Shown piece by piece: positions 50,991 to 60,825 of a DNA stretch of 64,000 nucleotides. Under the pieces are notes generated by a model. That model had not been told where the DNA came from. It made no database searches and worked only from the letters and a program-made list of their open reading frames with translations. The translations under genes and the position numbers were made by a program. How positions within the stretch are numbered: position 1 is the first letter of the stretch; the number at the start of each line of letters is the position of its first letter. Source of the DNA: Thermodesulfobacteriota bacterium (GTDB lineage Bacteria; Desulfobacterota; Desulfarculia; JACQYL01); assembly GCA_963675595.2 (NCBI GenBank), contig CAXXLZ010000002.1, forward strand, positions 3,648,001-3,712,000, in the 5' to 3' direction.

Positions 50991-52079
50991 TCATGCTTGG
51001 TCCGCTTGGAGACGAAATTCATAGGTCCGTTTTTCCATGGTCAATCGCCATAGAACAACGGCCAGTTTCCGTGCCAACGCACAAATGGCCTTTTGTGGAA
51101 GGCCCGTTCGCGACAGGAGTTTTCGATAATGCGAATCAATGGCCGGATCCCTGGACTTCCACGTCCAGGCCGCCTCCACCAACAGACTCCGCAGTCGCGT
51201 CTGACCCACGGGAGGAAGCGCCACTCGAGATTTCCGCTCTCCGCTTTGTCTTACCAACGGTGCGAGTCCCAGATAGCTGGTCACTTCCTCCACCCGATGG
51301 AACCGACTCGGGCGAAACAATTCCAGGAGGAAGGTAGCCGCTGTGATGGGACCCACCCCGGGGACGCTTCGAAGGCATCGCATTTCCTCAAAGTGTTCAG
51401 GTTTCTCGCACACACTGGAAGTCCTTTCCTCCATGAAGGCTTTTTCCTTTGTGAGGAAATTCAACTCACGGAGCAAGCTGAGCAGCGTCGCTTTGGCCTC
51501 CTTCGGCAGACGAAGCTTTCGAAGTTGCGCCACAGCGCTTCGGCCCCAATGATTGAGCCCGGGAGGCGCCTCCACACCGTGAAACAGCAGAAGGGATTGA
51601 ATTCTCTGCTTAACGCGTCGAGTGCCGTCGGCCAGATCGTGCCGACGGCGAATTACGCTGCGTTCGGCCTCCTCTTCCTCCGTGGGAACGGCGATGGACT
51701 TCAATATCCCTCGGGCGGCATGGTCCGCCAACCGCATGCAATCCAGGCGGTCGGTCTTGGCCCCCGCAGTCACCGGCCTAGGGACCCGACTCGGCGCCAC
51801 CACGATCACGCTGAACCCGGCTTTGGCCAAAGTGCGCGCAAGGCCGAAGCCGGTGGGCCCCGCTTCGTAGGCTACGGCTCGGATGCGCCTCAAGTGGGGG
51901 AGCAACATGGCCACGATGGCCTCCGGAGAGGCCGAGGACACAAAAGTCTTCACCTCGCCGTCGCTGCGAAGCACGGCCACGTGGTAGCTCTTTTTGTGTA
52001 CGTCGATCCCGACGTGGAAATCACGGTCGATATCCAGCTCCAAAAACTTGGCCAATTCTGTTACTTTCGTTGCTACCAT
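50991..52079 (-). CDS. IS110-family DEDD transposase/recombinase
   Basis: GIDVHK, YEAGPTG, KTDRLD, and C-terminal SYLGLAP..RQSG (catalytic Ser); AAGGAG RBS. Confidence 0.95.
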   Translation of the reverse strand: MVATKVTELAKFLELDIDRDFHVGIDVHKKSYHVAVLRSDGEVKTFVSSASPEAIVAMLLPHLRRIRAVAYEAGPTGFGLARTLAKAGFSVIVVAPSRVPRPVTAGAKTDRLDCMRLADHAARGILKSIAVPTEEEEAERSVIRRRHDLADGTRRVKQRIQSLLLFHGVEAPPGLNHWGRSAVAQLRKLRLPKEAKATLLSLLRELNFLTKEKAFMEERTSSVCEKPEHFEEMRCLRSVPGVGPITAATFLLELFRPSRFHRVEEVTSYLGLAPLVRQSGERKSRVALPPVGQTRLRSLLVEAAWTWKSRDPAIDSHYRKLLSRTGLPQKAICALARKLAVVLWRLTMEKRTYEFRLQADQA

Positions 52080-52144
52080 GTTGGTCTCCTTTCTGTTTGG
52101 GTGATGCTCCATCATAACGATCGAGCACCTGAGGCCAACATGGT

Positions 52145-52280
52145 ATTTCCCCCGGTCCCCTTTCAAAGCGTTTTAAGAGTGCCTCACCGCCTTCGGCGGA
52201 GAGGCTTCGCTGATTTCCCCCGGTCCCCTTTCAAAGCGTTTTAAGAGTGCCTCACCGCCTTCGGCGGAGAGGCTTCGCTG
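52145..52280. repeat. Perfect 68-bp tandem duplication at the IS junction
   Basis: ATTTCCCCCGGTCCCC...GAGGCTTCGCTG at 52145 and 52213, followed by a third ATTTCC at 52281. Confidence 0.9.
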
Positions 52281-52417
52281 ATTTCCAGCGTCCTTTGATT
52301 TGCTGAATCGGCAAAAACGAGCGGCATGTGCCGTCCAACCTATTAAAACACCTGAAGGTTTTCAAAAAGGGCTCCCTCGGATACCTTTCTGAATGGTCAC
52401 AGGGTAAGCGGTGCCGC

Positions 52418-53635
52418 TTACGGCGTTTTCAAGCCTTCCTCGATGTTTCGGCAGGCCTGGACGAACAGGTCGTTTTCTTCTTCCGAGCAAATGGTCATAC
52501 GGAGAAAATGGTGACCCTGCAATCCATTGACCCGATTGAGGTTGGCCGTGAGAAACCCCTGTTCCGTCAGCGCCTGCCAGAGTTCATCCGCTTTCAGGTG
52601 CGCGTTTTTCAGCATGAGCGTGTTCGTCCGGGAGGGTAGGAAAGAGAACGTCTTCAAGGTTTCCAACTGCCGGTACAAACGTTTCCGGCGGATCACCAGC
52701 TTTTTCCTGGCGCTCTGCACGTGCTCCTCATCAACGGAAGCGATTCCGGCCAGAAAAAGAGAGAACCACGAAAAGGGAAACATGGGCCGGTACAGGGAAA
52801 CGGCCTGCAAAATAGTTTCGCTTGAGCTGATGAGGTACCCGACGCGCAGGTTCGGCAGGGCATGGATTTTGGAAAAAGTCCGCAAGACCATCAAATTCTT
52901 GTATTGTCCCGCAAACCGACTTGCCGACACTATTTCCCGGTCCGTATCCGTGTATTCGCCGTAGGCCTCATCGATCACAACGGCGGTATTCTGCGAAGCG
53001 CATAGGGCCGTCAGGTCTTTCATCCACTCAAGGGAAAGATCCTGGCCCGTTGGATTCACCGGGTTGCTGACCCACAGCAGCTTCGGGCGATGGGCTTGGA
53101 TGAGGTTTCCAAGGCGTTCCACGGTGGCGTCCGTCCACTGAAAGTCGTCCTCAGGCGCAAGGGGTAGATAAACGGGAGTTCCGCCCACGCGAATGGAAAA
53201 ATCGGCGAACACGCTGAAATTGGGAATGGGAACCAAAAAGGCCTCACCGTTTTGCAGAAATACCCGGCTGATGTGATCGATCATGGACTCCAGGCCCGCG
53301 CTCAAGACAAACCGGTCGGGATCCAGTCCGTGCAAATCCGCCAGGCGCCGGCGCAGCAGGCGGTAATGGTTGTCCGGATACTCCACCAGATTCTGCCTGC
53401 ACAGCCCGGCCAGGTCGGCCTCTTCCAAGACCCCGTCGACGAGGTCCGAATAGCCGTCGGAATTCTTCCCGATATCGAACCGGTAGACCTTCTCCAGGTT
53501 ATGGTCCCGTTTGAGCCGGTCGATGAGCTCCTGTTCATCCGTATCCTTGCTGATGTAGTCCTCGGTTTCCGCGCTCAGGGCCACGCGGGTGAGGCAGCTG
53601 ATGATGTCGCGGGTCGTCAAGGGAATCCTCTTCAA
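52418..53635 (-). CDS. PLP aminotransferase class I/II (HisC/CobD-like)
   Basis: EYPD, SNPVNPTG, IDEAY, RTFSKIHALPNLRVGY; TTG start. Confidence 0.88.
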   Translation of the reverse strand: MKRIPLTTRDIISCLTRVALSAETEDYISKDTDEQELIDRLKRDHNLEKVYRFDIGKNSDGYSDLVDGVLEEADLAGLCRQNLVEYPDNHYRLLRRRLADLHGLDPDRFVLSAGLESMIDHISRVFLQNGEAFLVPIPNFSVFADFSIRVGGTPVYLPLAPEDDFQWTDATVERLGNLIQAHRPKLLWVSNPVNPTGQDLSLEWMKDLTALCASQNTAVVIDEAYGEYTDTDREIVSASRFAGQYKNLMVLRTFSKIHALPNLRVGYLISSSETILQAVSLYRPMFPFSWFSLFLAGIASVDEEHVQSARKKLVIRRKRLYRQLETLKTFSFLPSRTNTLMLKNAHLKADELWQALTEQGFLTANLNRVNGLQGHHFLRMTICSEEENDLFVQACRNIEEGLKTP

Positions 53636-54022
53636 TAGGAAAATCCGTGGTATGCATTCACGGGGGGGAACTTTTGAAAAAGTTCCCCCCCGGTCCCCCC
53701 CCTCAAAGGCTTCAAGCAGGCCTCACCGCCTCCGGCGGAGAGGCTCCAATGCGTCCGGCGGTCGGTCTCGTAAGGGCCCCTGAATCCGGTTGCGACGCGG
53801 AAGCGAGCAACCCGCTCAAGAAGTTTTGGATGGGGTCCGGGGAAACCTTTTTCAAAAGGTCTCCCCGCCTGTCCTGTGAATAGAGACGTTGAAAGACGCG
53901 ATCCGCGGCGTTGCACTTCATCCCTCGTCACTGCGACGTACTTCTAGGTACGCCTTCATTCCTCCGGATTGGTGCGCCTTGCATCTCATCGTTTTTCAGC
54001 CGGCCCGCAAGGATCCGACATT

Positions 54023-54805
54023 TTAAGCTGGCTTCTTACACAACAGATAAAAGCTGCGCCTCTTTTCATTCACGACTTGAGAAAAGAACGCCTCCGCCGC
54101 CATTTCTCTTCGGTCCATGTATTCTTCAAAAATCGTTCGAGTGTCCATGCGATACGCCAGGGCCGAGGCTGGGTCTTCCGCCTGGAGACGCCGCAGGTCC
54201 GACGGTATTTCCACCAGCACGGCCTCGGCCTCGGGCATGTTTTCCGGGGTGACGATGGGATAGCGGTCCGGAACCCGCTCCGGGGGATGGTCCCCGTCCG
54301 GGGTGAGCACCTTGTTCACATCCAGTTCAACCAGCAGCCGGTCCTGGGGCATGCCGTGGTGCAGGCCCGAATCGATGTAATAATGCGCTTTCTTGTAGAC
54401 GATCCCGCGCCCTCCCATCTTGTTGATGTAGATGTGGGCATTGCGGGATTCCAGGGGCTCAAAGGTCGTGTAGGCCTTCTTGATCCCGTCTCTTTCAAAC
54501 TGTTCAAAATTGCGCCGGAGTATTTGAAGGCCCACGTTGCTGTCCCGATAATCCGGGTGCACGCCGACCATGTGTCCGAGGGCGGCGTGCGGTTCGGCCA
54601 TCCCGAGAGCGATGAGAAACGAGATCATTTTCTGATCATGATAGGCCCCCAGCACCCAGCCGACGCGGGGACGATCCATGGCCAGGGCCGTCAGGGTGAT
54701 CGGCGACATGGTATCCTCGGGCGGCAGGCCTCCGACGATTGCCTGCAGCCGGATCACCTCTTTCAATTCATCCGGATGACGCAGTTCTCTGATTTCAAAT
54801 TCCAC
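54023..54805 (-). CDS. Predicted GNAT N-acyltransferase (COG3375-like)
   Basis: HMVGVHPDYR..NVG, TFEPLESRNAHIYINKMG, QDRLLVE, VEIPSD..AYR..TR; overlaps the upstream gene. Confidence 0.8.
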   Translation of the reverse strand: MEFEIRELRHPDELKEVIRLQAIVGGLPPEDTMSPITLTALAMDRPRVGWVLGAYHDQKMISFLIALGMAEPHAALGHMVGVHPDYRDSNVGLQILRRNFEQFERDGIKKAYTTFEPLESRNAHIYINKMGGRGIVYKKAHYYIDSGLHHGMPQDRLLVELDVNKVLTPDGDHPPERVPDRYPIVTPENMPEAEAVLVEIPSDLRRLQAEDPASALAYRMDTRTIFEEYMDRREMAAEAFFSQVVNEKRRSFYLLCKKPA

Positions 54806-56180
54806 CCTTTGTCTCCTTACGCATCAGAAAATCGGCAATGGTTTCCCTGACCCGGTCCGGTTCAATGACGCCGTTGAGAAAGCCTTGCTCCGCCAGGAAC
54901 GTAGGCCGGCTTTCCTCTTCCATTTTCCGCAGAATCTTCGCTTTTTCATCCCGAGGCAGGTCCAGTTTGTCCATAAACCGTGTCGCGGCTTCAGGGCCGT
55001 AAACCGCAATGGATGCTCCCGGCAGTGCATAAACGGCCGTTGGGGAGAATCCGGATCCGGACATGGCGTACAGCCCGGCCGTGTAGGCCCGGCGCAGTAT
55101 GATGCAAAGTCGTGGAATCCGGCTTTGCGCAATGGCCCGGAAAAGCTCGGCCCCGGCGGAGACGATCCCCGCTTTTTCCACCTCTTTTCCGATCATGAAC
55201 CCGGGCGCGTCCGCCAGGAAAACCATGGGCACATTGAAGGCGTTGCACAGGTTTACAAATCGGGTCAGCTTGCGGCAGGTTTCCGGAAAAAGGACCCCGC
55301 CGTTTACCATGGGATTGTTGGCCGCGATGCCGACCGCGTGCCCCTCGATGCGCGAAAACCCGGTTACGGCTTCGCCTGCGAAATCGGGGCCCAGCTCCAG
55401 GAATTGATCTTCATCCACCAGCGAACCCATGACCCGACGAACATCAAAGGGACGATGGAGTTCGGGGGGTACGATTTCCTCGATACCCGGAGCCCCGGCC
55501 TTGGGAGGCGCCGGGATCGTGGGAGGCGGCTGTTCATTCGTGTTGGAGGGGAGATAGCTCAGGAAACGACGGATCCAGGCAAGCGCCTCCTCCTCGGTGG
55601 AGACCACCTGGTGGCAGTCGCCGATCACCCGGCCGTGCACGCGGGCGCCGCCCAGTTCCTCGTAAGAGACCTCTTGATTCAACATGGCCTCCACCGCATC
55701 CGGGCGGGCCACGCTGACGGATGCGTCTTTCAGCATCACCATTCCGTCGCACATCACCGTTGGAAAAGCCTGAGCCTGCGCCATTCGACCGAAAACAGCG
55801 CAAACCAGGGGAACTTTTCCGGAAAGTCGGGCAATCTCATAATATTGCCTTCCCACACTGTTCTCGCCCATCATGAGTTCAACGCCGGTCCCCTGAAAAG
55901 CGGTCCGACCGGATTGATAGGGCGCTGGGGAGTCATGGAGGAAAACCACCGGACGGGCCTCGGCCCCCGCCTGCCGAAGGGCCTCAATATAACGGGATGA
56001 GGATGAAGCCAGGTTTGCGGATTCCGGCAACGGGTCCGGATCCACGGCAATGACCATCACCTTGCGGCCGTTGATTTCGGCCCAACCGGTCACAAAAACG
56101 GATTCAGAGGATTCCAGCGGCGTCTCCGGAGACGTCGAATCGCAAAGTGCGCGGAGCCTTCTTGTCAATACGGGACCCAT
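54795..56180 (-). CDS. Acyl-CoA carboxyltransferase/decarboxylase beta subunit
   Basis: VTGWAEINGR, EELGGARVH, FLADAPGFMIG.EVE..G, RRAYTAGLYAMSG. Confidence 0.88.
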   Translation of the reverse strand: MGPVLTRRLRALCDSTSPETPLESSESVFVTGWAEINGRKVMVIAVDPDPLPESANLASSSSRYIEALRQAGAEARPVVFLHDSPAPYQSGRTAFQGTGVELMMGENSVGRQYYEIARLSGKVPLVCAVFGRMAQAQAFPTVMCDGMVMLKDASVSVARPDAVEAMLNQEVSYEELGGARVHGRVIGDCHQVVSTEEEALAWIRRFLSYLPSNTNEQPPPTIPAPPKAGAPGIEEIVPPELHRPFDVRRVMGSLVDEDQFLELGPDFAGEAVTGFSRIEGHAVGIAANNPMVNGGVLFPETCRKLTRFVNLCNAFNVPMVFLADAPGFMIGKEVEKAGIVSAGAELFRAIAQSRIPRLCIILRRAYTAGLYAMSGSGFSPTAVYALPGASIAVYGPEAATRFMDKLDLPRDEKAKILRKMEEESRPTFLAEQGFLNGVIEPDRVRETIADFLMRKETKGGI

Positions 56181-56859
56181 GACGGTTCCTTTGGCAACCT
56201 GTTGAAAAACGCGATCTGCGGCGTTGCGCTTCATCCCTCGTCACTGCGACGTACTCTATGTACGTCTCATTCCTCAGGATTTGCGCGCCTTGCATCTCAT
56301 CGTTTTTCAGCAGCCTGCCGCACCCGGTTTATTTCAACGGGCTGTTGGGACGATATGTCGGCGAAACGATTGTCTGTTTTGTGTCCGCATCCTAACAGAG
56401 GCCGATCATGGTCTTCAATGGAAATGAAAATGTCGCAGGCATTCACGGGGGAGGGGATTTTTTTATTTATTTATCGGGGGAAATAGGGTTGCTCGCTGAT
56501 TTCCAGCGTCCTTTGATTTGCTGAATCGGCAAAAACGAGCAGCATGTGCCGTCCAACCGATTAAAACACCTGAAGTTTTTAGGAAGGAGCCCGAGGGAAC
56601 CCTTTTTTCAAAAAGGGTTCCCTCGGATCCCCCTCTGAATGCTCACAAAATGTCTACTGCGCAGAGGGGTATTCATGGGACCATCACGCCCTGTGTTCCA
56701 AGCAATGGATCGACGGGTTCCTTGACCGGATTCGAGAACCTTCTTATAAGCTCTCTTTTGAACTCTCTCTTTCCTTCTTGAGTCCGGCTCACCGGGGGTC
56801 CGCAGTACCGGGTCGCGGGCCCGGACCGCTCTGAAACAACGCTATATGGAAGGCAACGC

Positions 56860-58389
56860 ATGAATCTCACGGATTTGCTTGTTCGATCTCGGGATCGTTT
56901 TCCGGAAAAGCCGGCCCTGATCATAGACTCGGTCTCCCTGACCTTCAACCGGCTGGCCGAAATGACGGAGTCGTACGCAAGCCGCCTCACCGGGCTGGAA
57001 GTGACCCGCGGTGATCGTGTCTGCTTTTTCATGGGCAATCGGGTCGAACTGGCGGGCCTGTACCTGGCCTGCTTCCGTCTGGGCGCGGTGGCGGTCCCCA
57101 TCAGTTGTTATTCCAAGCCCGACGAAGTGAAGTACGCCGTGGAACACTGCGGGGGAAGATTCCTCATCGTCGAGCCGGAACTGGTTTCCGGTGTGGCGGA
57201 TATGGCCTCCCAAGTGACCTCTCTGTTGCGCGTATATCGGATCGGGGCCGGCGGCCCGAATGAAGTTGCCCGTTTCGAATCCGTCACACCCGCCCCGGGC
57301 CCGCTTCCCCCGGCGAAAGTCCTGGAACCCTCTTCACCGGCGGTGATCCTTTACACCTCGGGCAGCACCGGGGCCCCCAAAGGGGTCACTCATACCGTGG
57401 GCTCTTTGACCCACAGCACCGATAACCGCTGCGCGGCCCTTGCCCACTACTGCGACGACGTCTATTTCATGACGGCCTATTTGTGCCACGGCGCTTCCCT
57501 GACCAGTGTCTTTCTGACCATGTTGGCCGTGGGCGGCACCTCGGTATTCACGCGTGAATTCACTCCCCCGGACTTCCTGGAGACCCTGCGGCACAGGCGG
57601 CCCACCGTGGCGGCGACGGCCCCCGCCCAGCTGAAGGCCGTTTTGGAGGAGCCTTCCTTGTCCCGAGAGGATTTCCGCTCCATCCGCTATTTCCACGTGG
57701 GGGGCGATGCCGTGCCCCGCGAGCTGTATCAGGCATTCGAGGACAAGACCGGAATGAAGTTGGCGGTGGCCATGGGCATGACGGAATGCGGCGGGTATCT
57801 GCTGACGCCTCCCGAGGGACCTTACAAGCCGGGCTCCATGGGCCGGCCCATCCCGGGAACTGAAATATGGCTGCTCGATGAAAACGGAGTGGAGGTCGCC
57901 CCCGGCGAGATCGGGGAGCTTGTGGTGCGCACCGGCGCCCTCATGTCGGGCTACTGGAACGATCCCGAGAGTACAGCCCGGGTCATTCAGGACGGCCGGC
58001 TGATGACGGGCGATCTGGCCCGATGCGATGAAGACGGGTTCGCCTATTTCGCCGGCCGAAATAAGAACATCATCATACGCGACTGCGGCAACGTGGCCCC
58101 GGTGGAAATCGAGGATGTGCTCAACTCTCACCCCAAGGTCAAAGCGAGCGGCGCGGCCGGAGTGCCCGACGGCGACCACGGGCAGGCCGTAACGGCGTTC
58201 ATTGTTCCCGTCGACATGGACGATCCCTCCACTGTCGAAGAGCTGGAAGCCTTCACTCGTAAGCTTCTGGCCGACCGCAAAGTACCAAGTCGGTGGCGGC
58301 TGGTTGGATCCATTCCTCTCACCCCCATGGCCAAAATCGACCGCAAGGCCTTGGCACGGATGGCTGAAGGCAAAGCCCCCCTGGAATGA
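56860..58389 (+). CDS. AMP-dependent acyl-CoA synthetase/ligase
   Basis: YTSGSTGAPKG, GMTE, TGDLA, AGRNKNII, KIDRKAL. Confidence 0.93.
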   Translation: MNLTDLLVRSRDRFPEKPALIIDSVSLTFNRLAEMTESYASRLTGLEVTRGDRVCFFMGNRVELAGLYLACFRLGAVAVPISCYSKPDEVKYAVEHCGGRFLIVEPELVSGVADMASQVTSLLRVYRIGAGGPNEVARFESVTPAPGPLPPAKVLEPSSPAVILYTSGSTGAPKGVTHTVGSLTHSTDNRCAALAHYCDDVYFMTAYLCHGASLTSVFLTMLAVGGTSVFTREFTPPDFLETLRHRRPTVAATAPAQLKAVLEEPSLSREDFRSIRYFHVGGDAVPRELYQAFEDKTGMKLAVAMGMTECGGYLLTPPEGPYKPGSMGRPIPGTEIWLLDENGVEVAPGEIGELVVRTGALMSGYWNDPESTARVIQDGRLMTGDLARCDEDGFAYFAGRNKNIIIRDCGNVAPVEIEDVLNSHPKVKASGAAGVPDGDHGQAVTAFIVPVDMDDPSTVEELEAFTRKLLADRKVPSRWRLVGSIPLTPMAKIDRKALARMAEGKAPLE

Positions 58390-58807
58390 AGCATCCGTAT
58401 CCGTTCCCATCGTTTCCGTGGGAACGGGTTCCCCCGGTGACCCTGTGAACAAAAACGGTATCCGTTCAGAGGGGTATCCGAGGGAGCCCTTTTTGAAAAA
58501 AGGGTTCCCTCGGGCTCCCTCCCAAAAACTTGAAGTATTTTAATACGTTGAACGGCACATGCTGCTCGTTTTGCGAATTCCGTAGGTGATTCGCAAGGGC
58601 GAAACGGAGTCCCGTCCCTTCCGGGACGAAGCCGAACTTGGGAGCATCTTTGCCGATTCAGCAGATGTAGGGAACGTTGTGAGTGAGGAACCTGAATTCT
58701 TCAGCAGCCTCTCCGCCGAAGGCGGTGAGGCCTGTCCAAGCTGCTTTGTGAGGGGGGTCGGGGGAGGACTTTCTCGAAAGTCCTCCCCCGTGAATACATA
58801 CCAAAAA

Positions 58808-59227
58808 CGAACCATGGAAGTCGTCCCTGCGCTTTCATGCCCCGATTCCCCCCGGTCGGGGCCGTCAACGCGGTCCCATCAACCCCACGCGCTGACGGCT
58901 CACCCGTAGGGACGAGCCACAGTGCCCGCCCCGGGCTCGGCGGAACCGAGAAATCCGCCGGGCTGAACCCACGAGGTAGGGGCCACCGGTCTTCAACACT
59001 CATAGAACACGATGGATGTCTCAAAACCGGTTCCCGGCCCTTCCCCTGAAATCGTCCACAAAAATGACGGGAATTACCAATTGACGGTACCCACCTTTTC
59101 GAACATAAGATGAAAATGAGGAAATGCGCTCTTTCCCTGAAGAATCATCCGGACACGGTCAACTTGCCGCAAGACGGAGGCTCTGCCCCCGGTGACCGCA
59201 AGCCCCGATGACACATGGGCTCAAGCC
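58808..59227. repeat. ~420-bp structured direct repeat, copy 1
   Basis: Colinear by eye with 60826..61244; multiple conserved hairpins and an internal TTGACG..TAAGAT promoter-like element. Confidence 0.85.
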
Positions 59228-59706
59228 GCCGATCTGCTTGCCCCTCCTTGCGGAGGATGAAGGAAGGATCGATTTACGCAGACGGTAGGAATCGAAACGA
59301 GTCCGACGGGAACGGTTTTCGTGCGCAAGAAAGGCCGGACCGGGAAGGGTGCGGCTAGCACGGGCAAGTTGAGCCCCGCGTGTCGTACGGTACTTTACTG
59401 GAAATTGTGTTTTCGGTCGCTTCCGAAATCATGGCCACATAAAGCAACCTGTTGTCGGTTACGAGTCCAACCGTTCCTGTGCAATCAATGCCGCCGATCG
59501 TTAGTTATGAATTCATTTCGTATAGTCGACCAAAGTGTGTATCAACCATAATGCAAGAAAGTTTGAATTAAAACTTTCCAATATCACACAGTCACATTTA
59601 CACCATCAGATAATGGAAGGATTTACAGAGGCGTCTTATACGGACGGAAACAAACAACTCAGAACCTTATGCGGATACATCCAATATTGTAGGCCGGAGG
59701 AAGAAT

Positions 59707-60198
59707 ATGAAGAAACTGATCGCTCTCGTAATTCTGATGTTAGCAGTTACCGCAGTCTGCCTCGCGCAAACCGGAGGGAAGCTGGTGTCCTTCGAACAGC
59801 TTTTCCCGCAGCCGCAACAACGCCTAATGGGACTCCACAAGCTTACAGCGAAAGAGAAGGAAGCCCTACGAGCACGCGTGGAAGCTTTGCTCGTTCAGAT
59901 TGCGGCAAACTCCACGTCGAAGGCAGCTGCTGGAGGAGAAGCAAGCGGTGGTGTTTATCCCGGAGTCGGTGGAGGCCATTGGGTAAACAAAAATGTCGAT
60001 AGCGGAACGTACATGATTTTGGAGGACGGATCGCTCTGGCAGATCGATCCTTTTGACAAGATCGATGCCATGTTGTGGTTACCGATCAGCAACATCACCG
60101 TCACGCAATCGTCATCTGGCTCGCCGGGATATGATTACCTTCTGATCAACACAGATGATGGCGAAAAGGCCCATGCCAAATACATAGGCAAACAGTGA
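59707..60198 (+). CDS. Secreted hypothetical protein in a gene-cassette-like unit
   Basis: GGAGG RBS, signal peptide MKKLIALVILMLAVTAVCLA, LEDGSLWQI motif; attC-like site immediately after the stop codon. Confidence 0.8.
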   Translation: MKKLIALVILMLAVTAVCLAQTGGKLVSFEQLFPQPQQRLMGLHKLTAKEKEALRARVEALLVQIAANSTSKAAAGGEASGGVYPGVGGGHWVNKNVDSGTYMILEDGSLWQIDPFDKIDAMLWLPISNITVTQSSSGSPGYDYLLINTDDGEKAHAKYIGKQ

Positions 60199-60199
60199 C

Positions 60200-60284
60200 G
60201 GCCAACAAGAGAATCGACTCGTACTTTTCAGACCGTACTGCTTCGCGTCCCGGCATGAAACAATGGTCATGCTGATCGTTCAAT
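60200..60284 (+). other. attC-like integron recombination site
   Basis: R'' GGCCAAC, L'' AATCGACT / L' GGTCAT with an unpaired C, central TTTCA..CCG-(GCTTCGC)-CGG..TGAAA, R' GTTCAAT. Confidence 0.6.
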
Positions 60285-60825
60285 AAATCATCCGATGGCC
60301 GAATATTCATAGCCTGTTCTTACTAAGGATCGCAGTGTGAAGCAGGGAACGTTGTTGACTAACATGACAAACGCCTGTAGGCCTTTGGAGTTGTTGATAC
60401 AGACGGGATGTCCCGACTAAAATCCCCTTCAAACGTATTCTAATTTCTTGTCAACACGTCCGTTCCGGATCGAAGACGACACATGACACTCCCGCGCGTA
60501 TGAGGCGGCCGATGGATCGTCTTGGTCGGCTTCCGTGAGCTCCTAATGTCTTCTGAAAGCCGGCAATAAGGTAACGGCAAGGAGTCTTTTTTGTTTTCGG
60601 GCGGTAAAAGAGCTTGGTCTATCGCACAGGGAACCGGCGCGACGTTTGGAGCTGAGTGCTCCCGCGATTGGTTATTCCGTTGAAAGAGGAGAATCCATTG
60701 CCGGTGAAAACGGGTATCGTTTAATGGTGGAGTAGCTTTCTTTTTTACCAGCGTCCCCATTGGCATTTATGCGCTCCAGGGATTCAACAACAGCGCCGGA
60801 TGATCTTCCGTACCCTGGGTACGAT

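Larger units (their letters stand above)
50761..52150 (-). mobile_element. IS110-family, IS1111-type insertion sequence
   Basis: Subterminal inverted repeats at 50762-50772 (ATGTGGCCTCA) and 52130-52141 (TGAGGCCAACAT); TTTCC core at both junctions; long 3' non-coding end. Confidence 0.88.

Noticed and set aside
13337-58800. CRISPR array
   Set aside because: Repeats are dispersed, variable and not separated by regular unique spacers; no cas genes.
58808-59227. Group II intron fragment (GAGCCG on the minus strand)
   Set aside because: No proper domain V/VI hairpin or RT remnant could be built.
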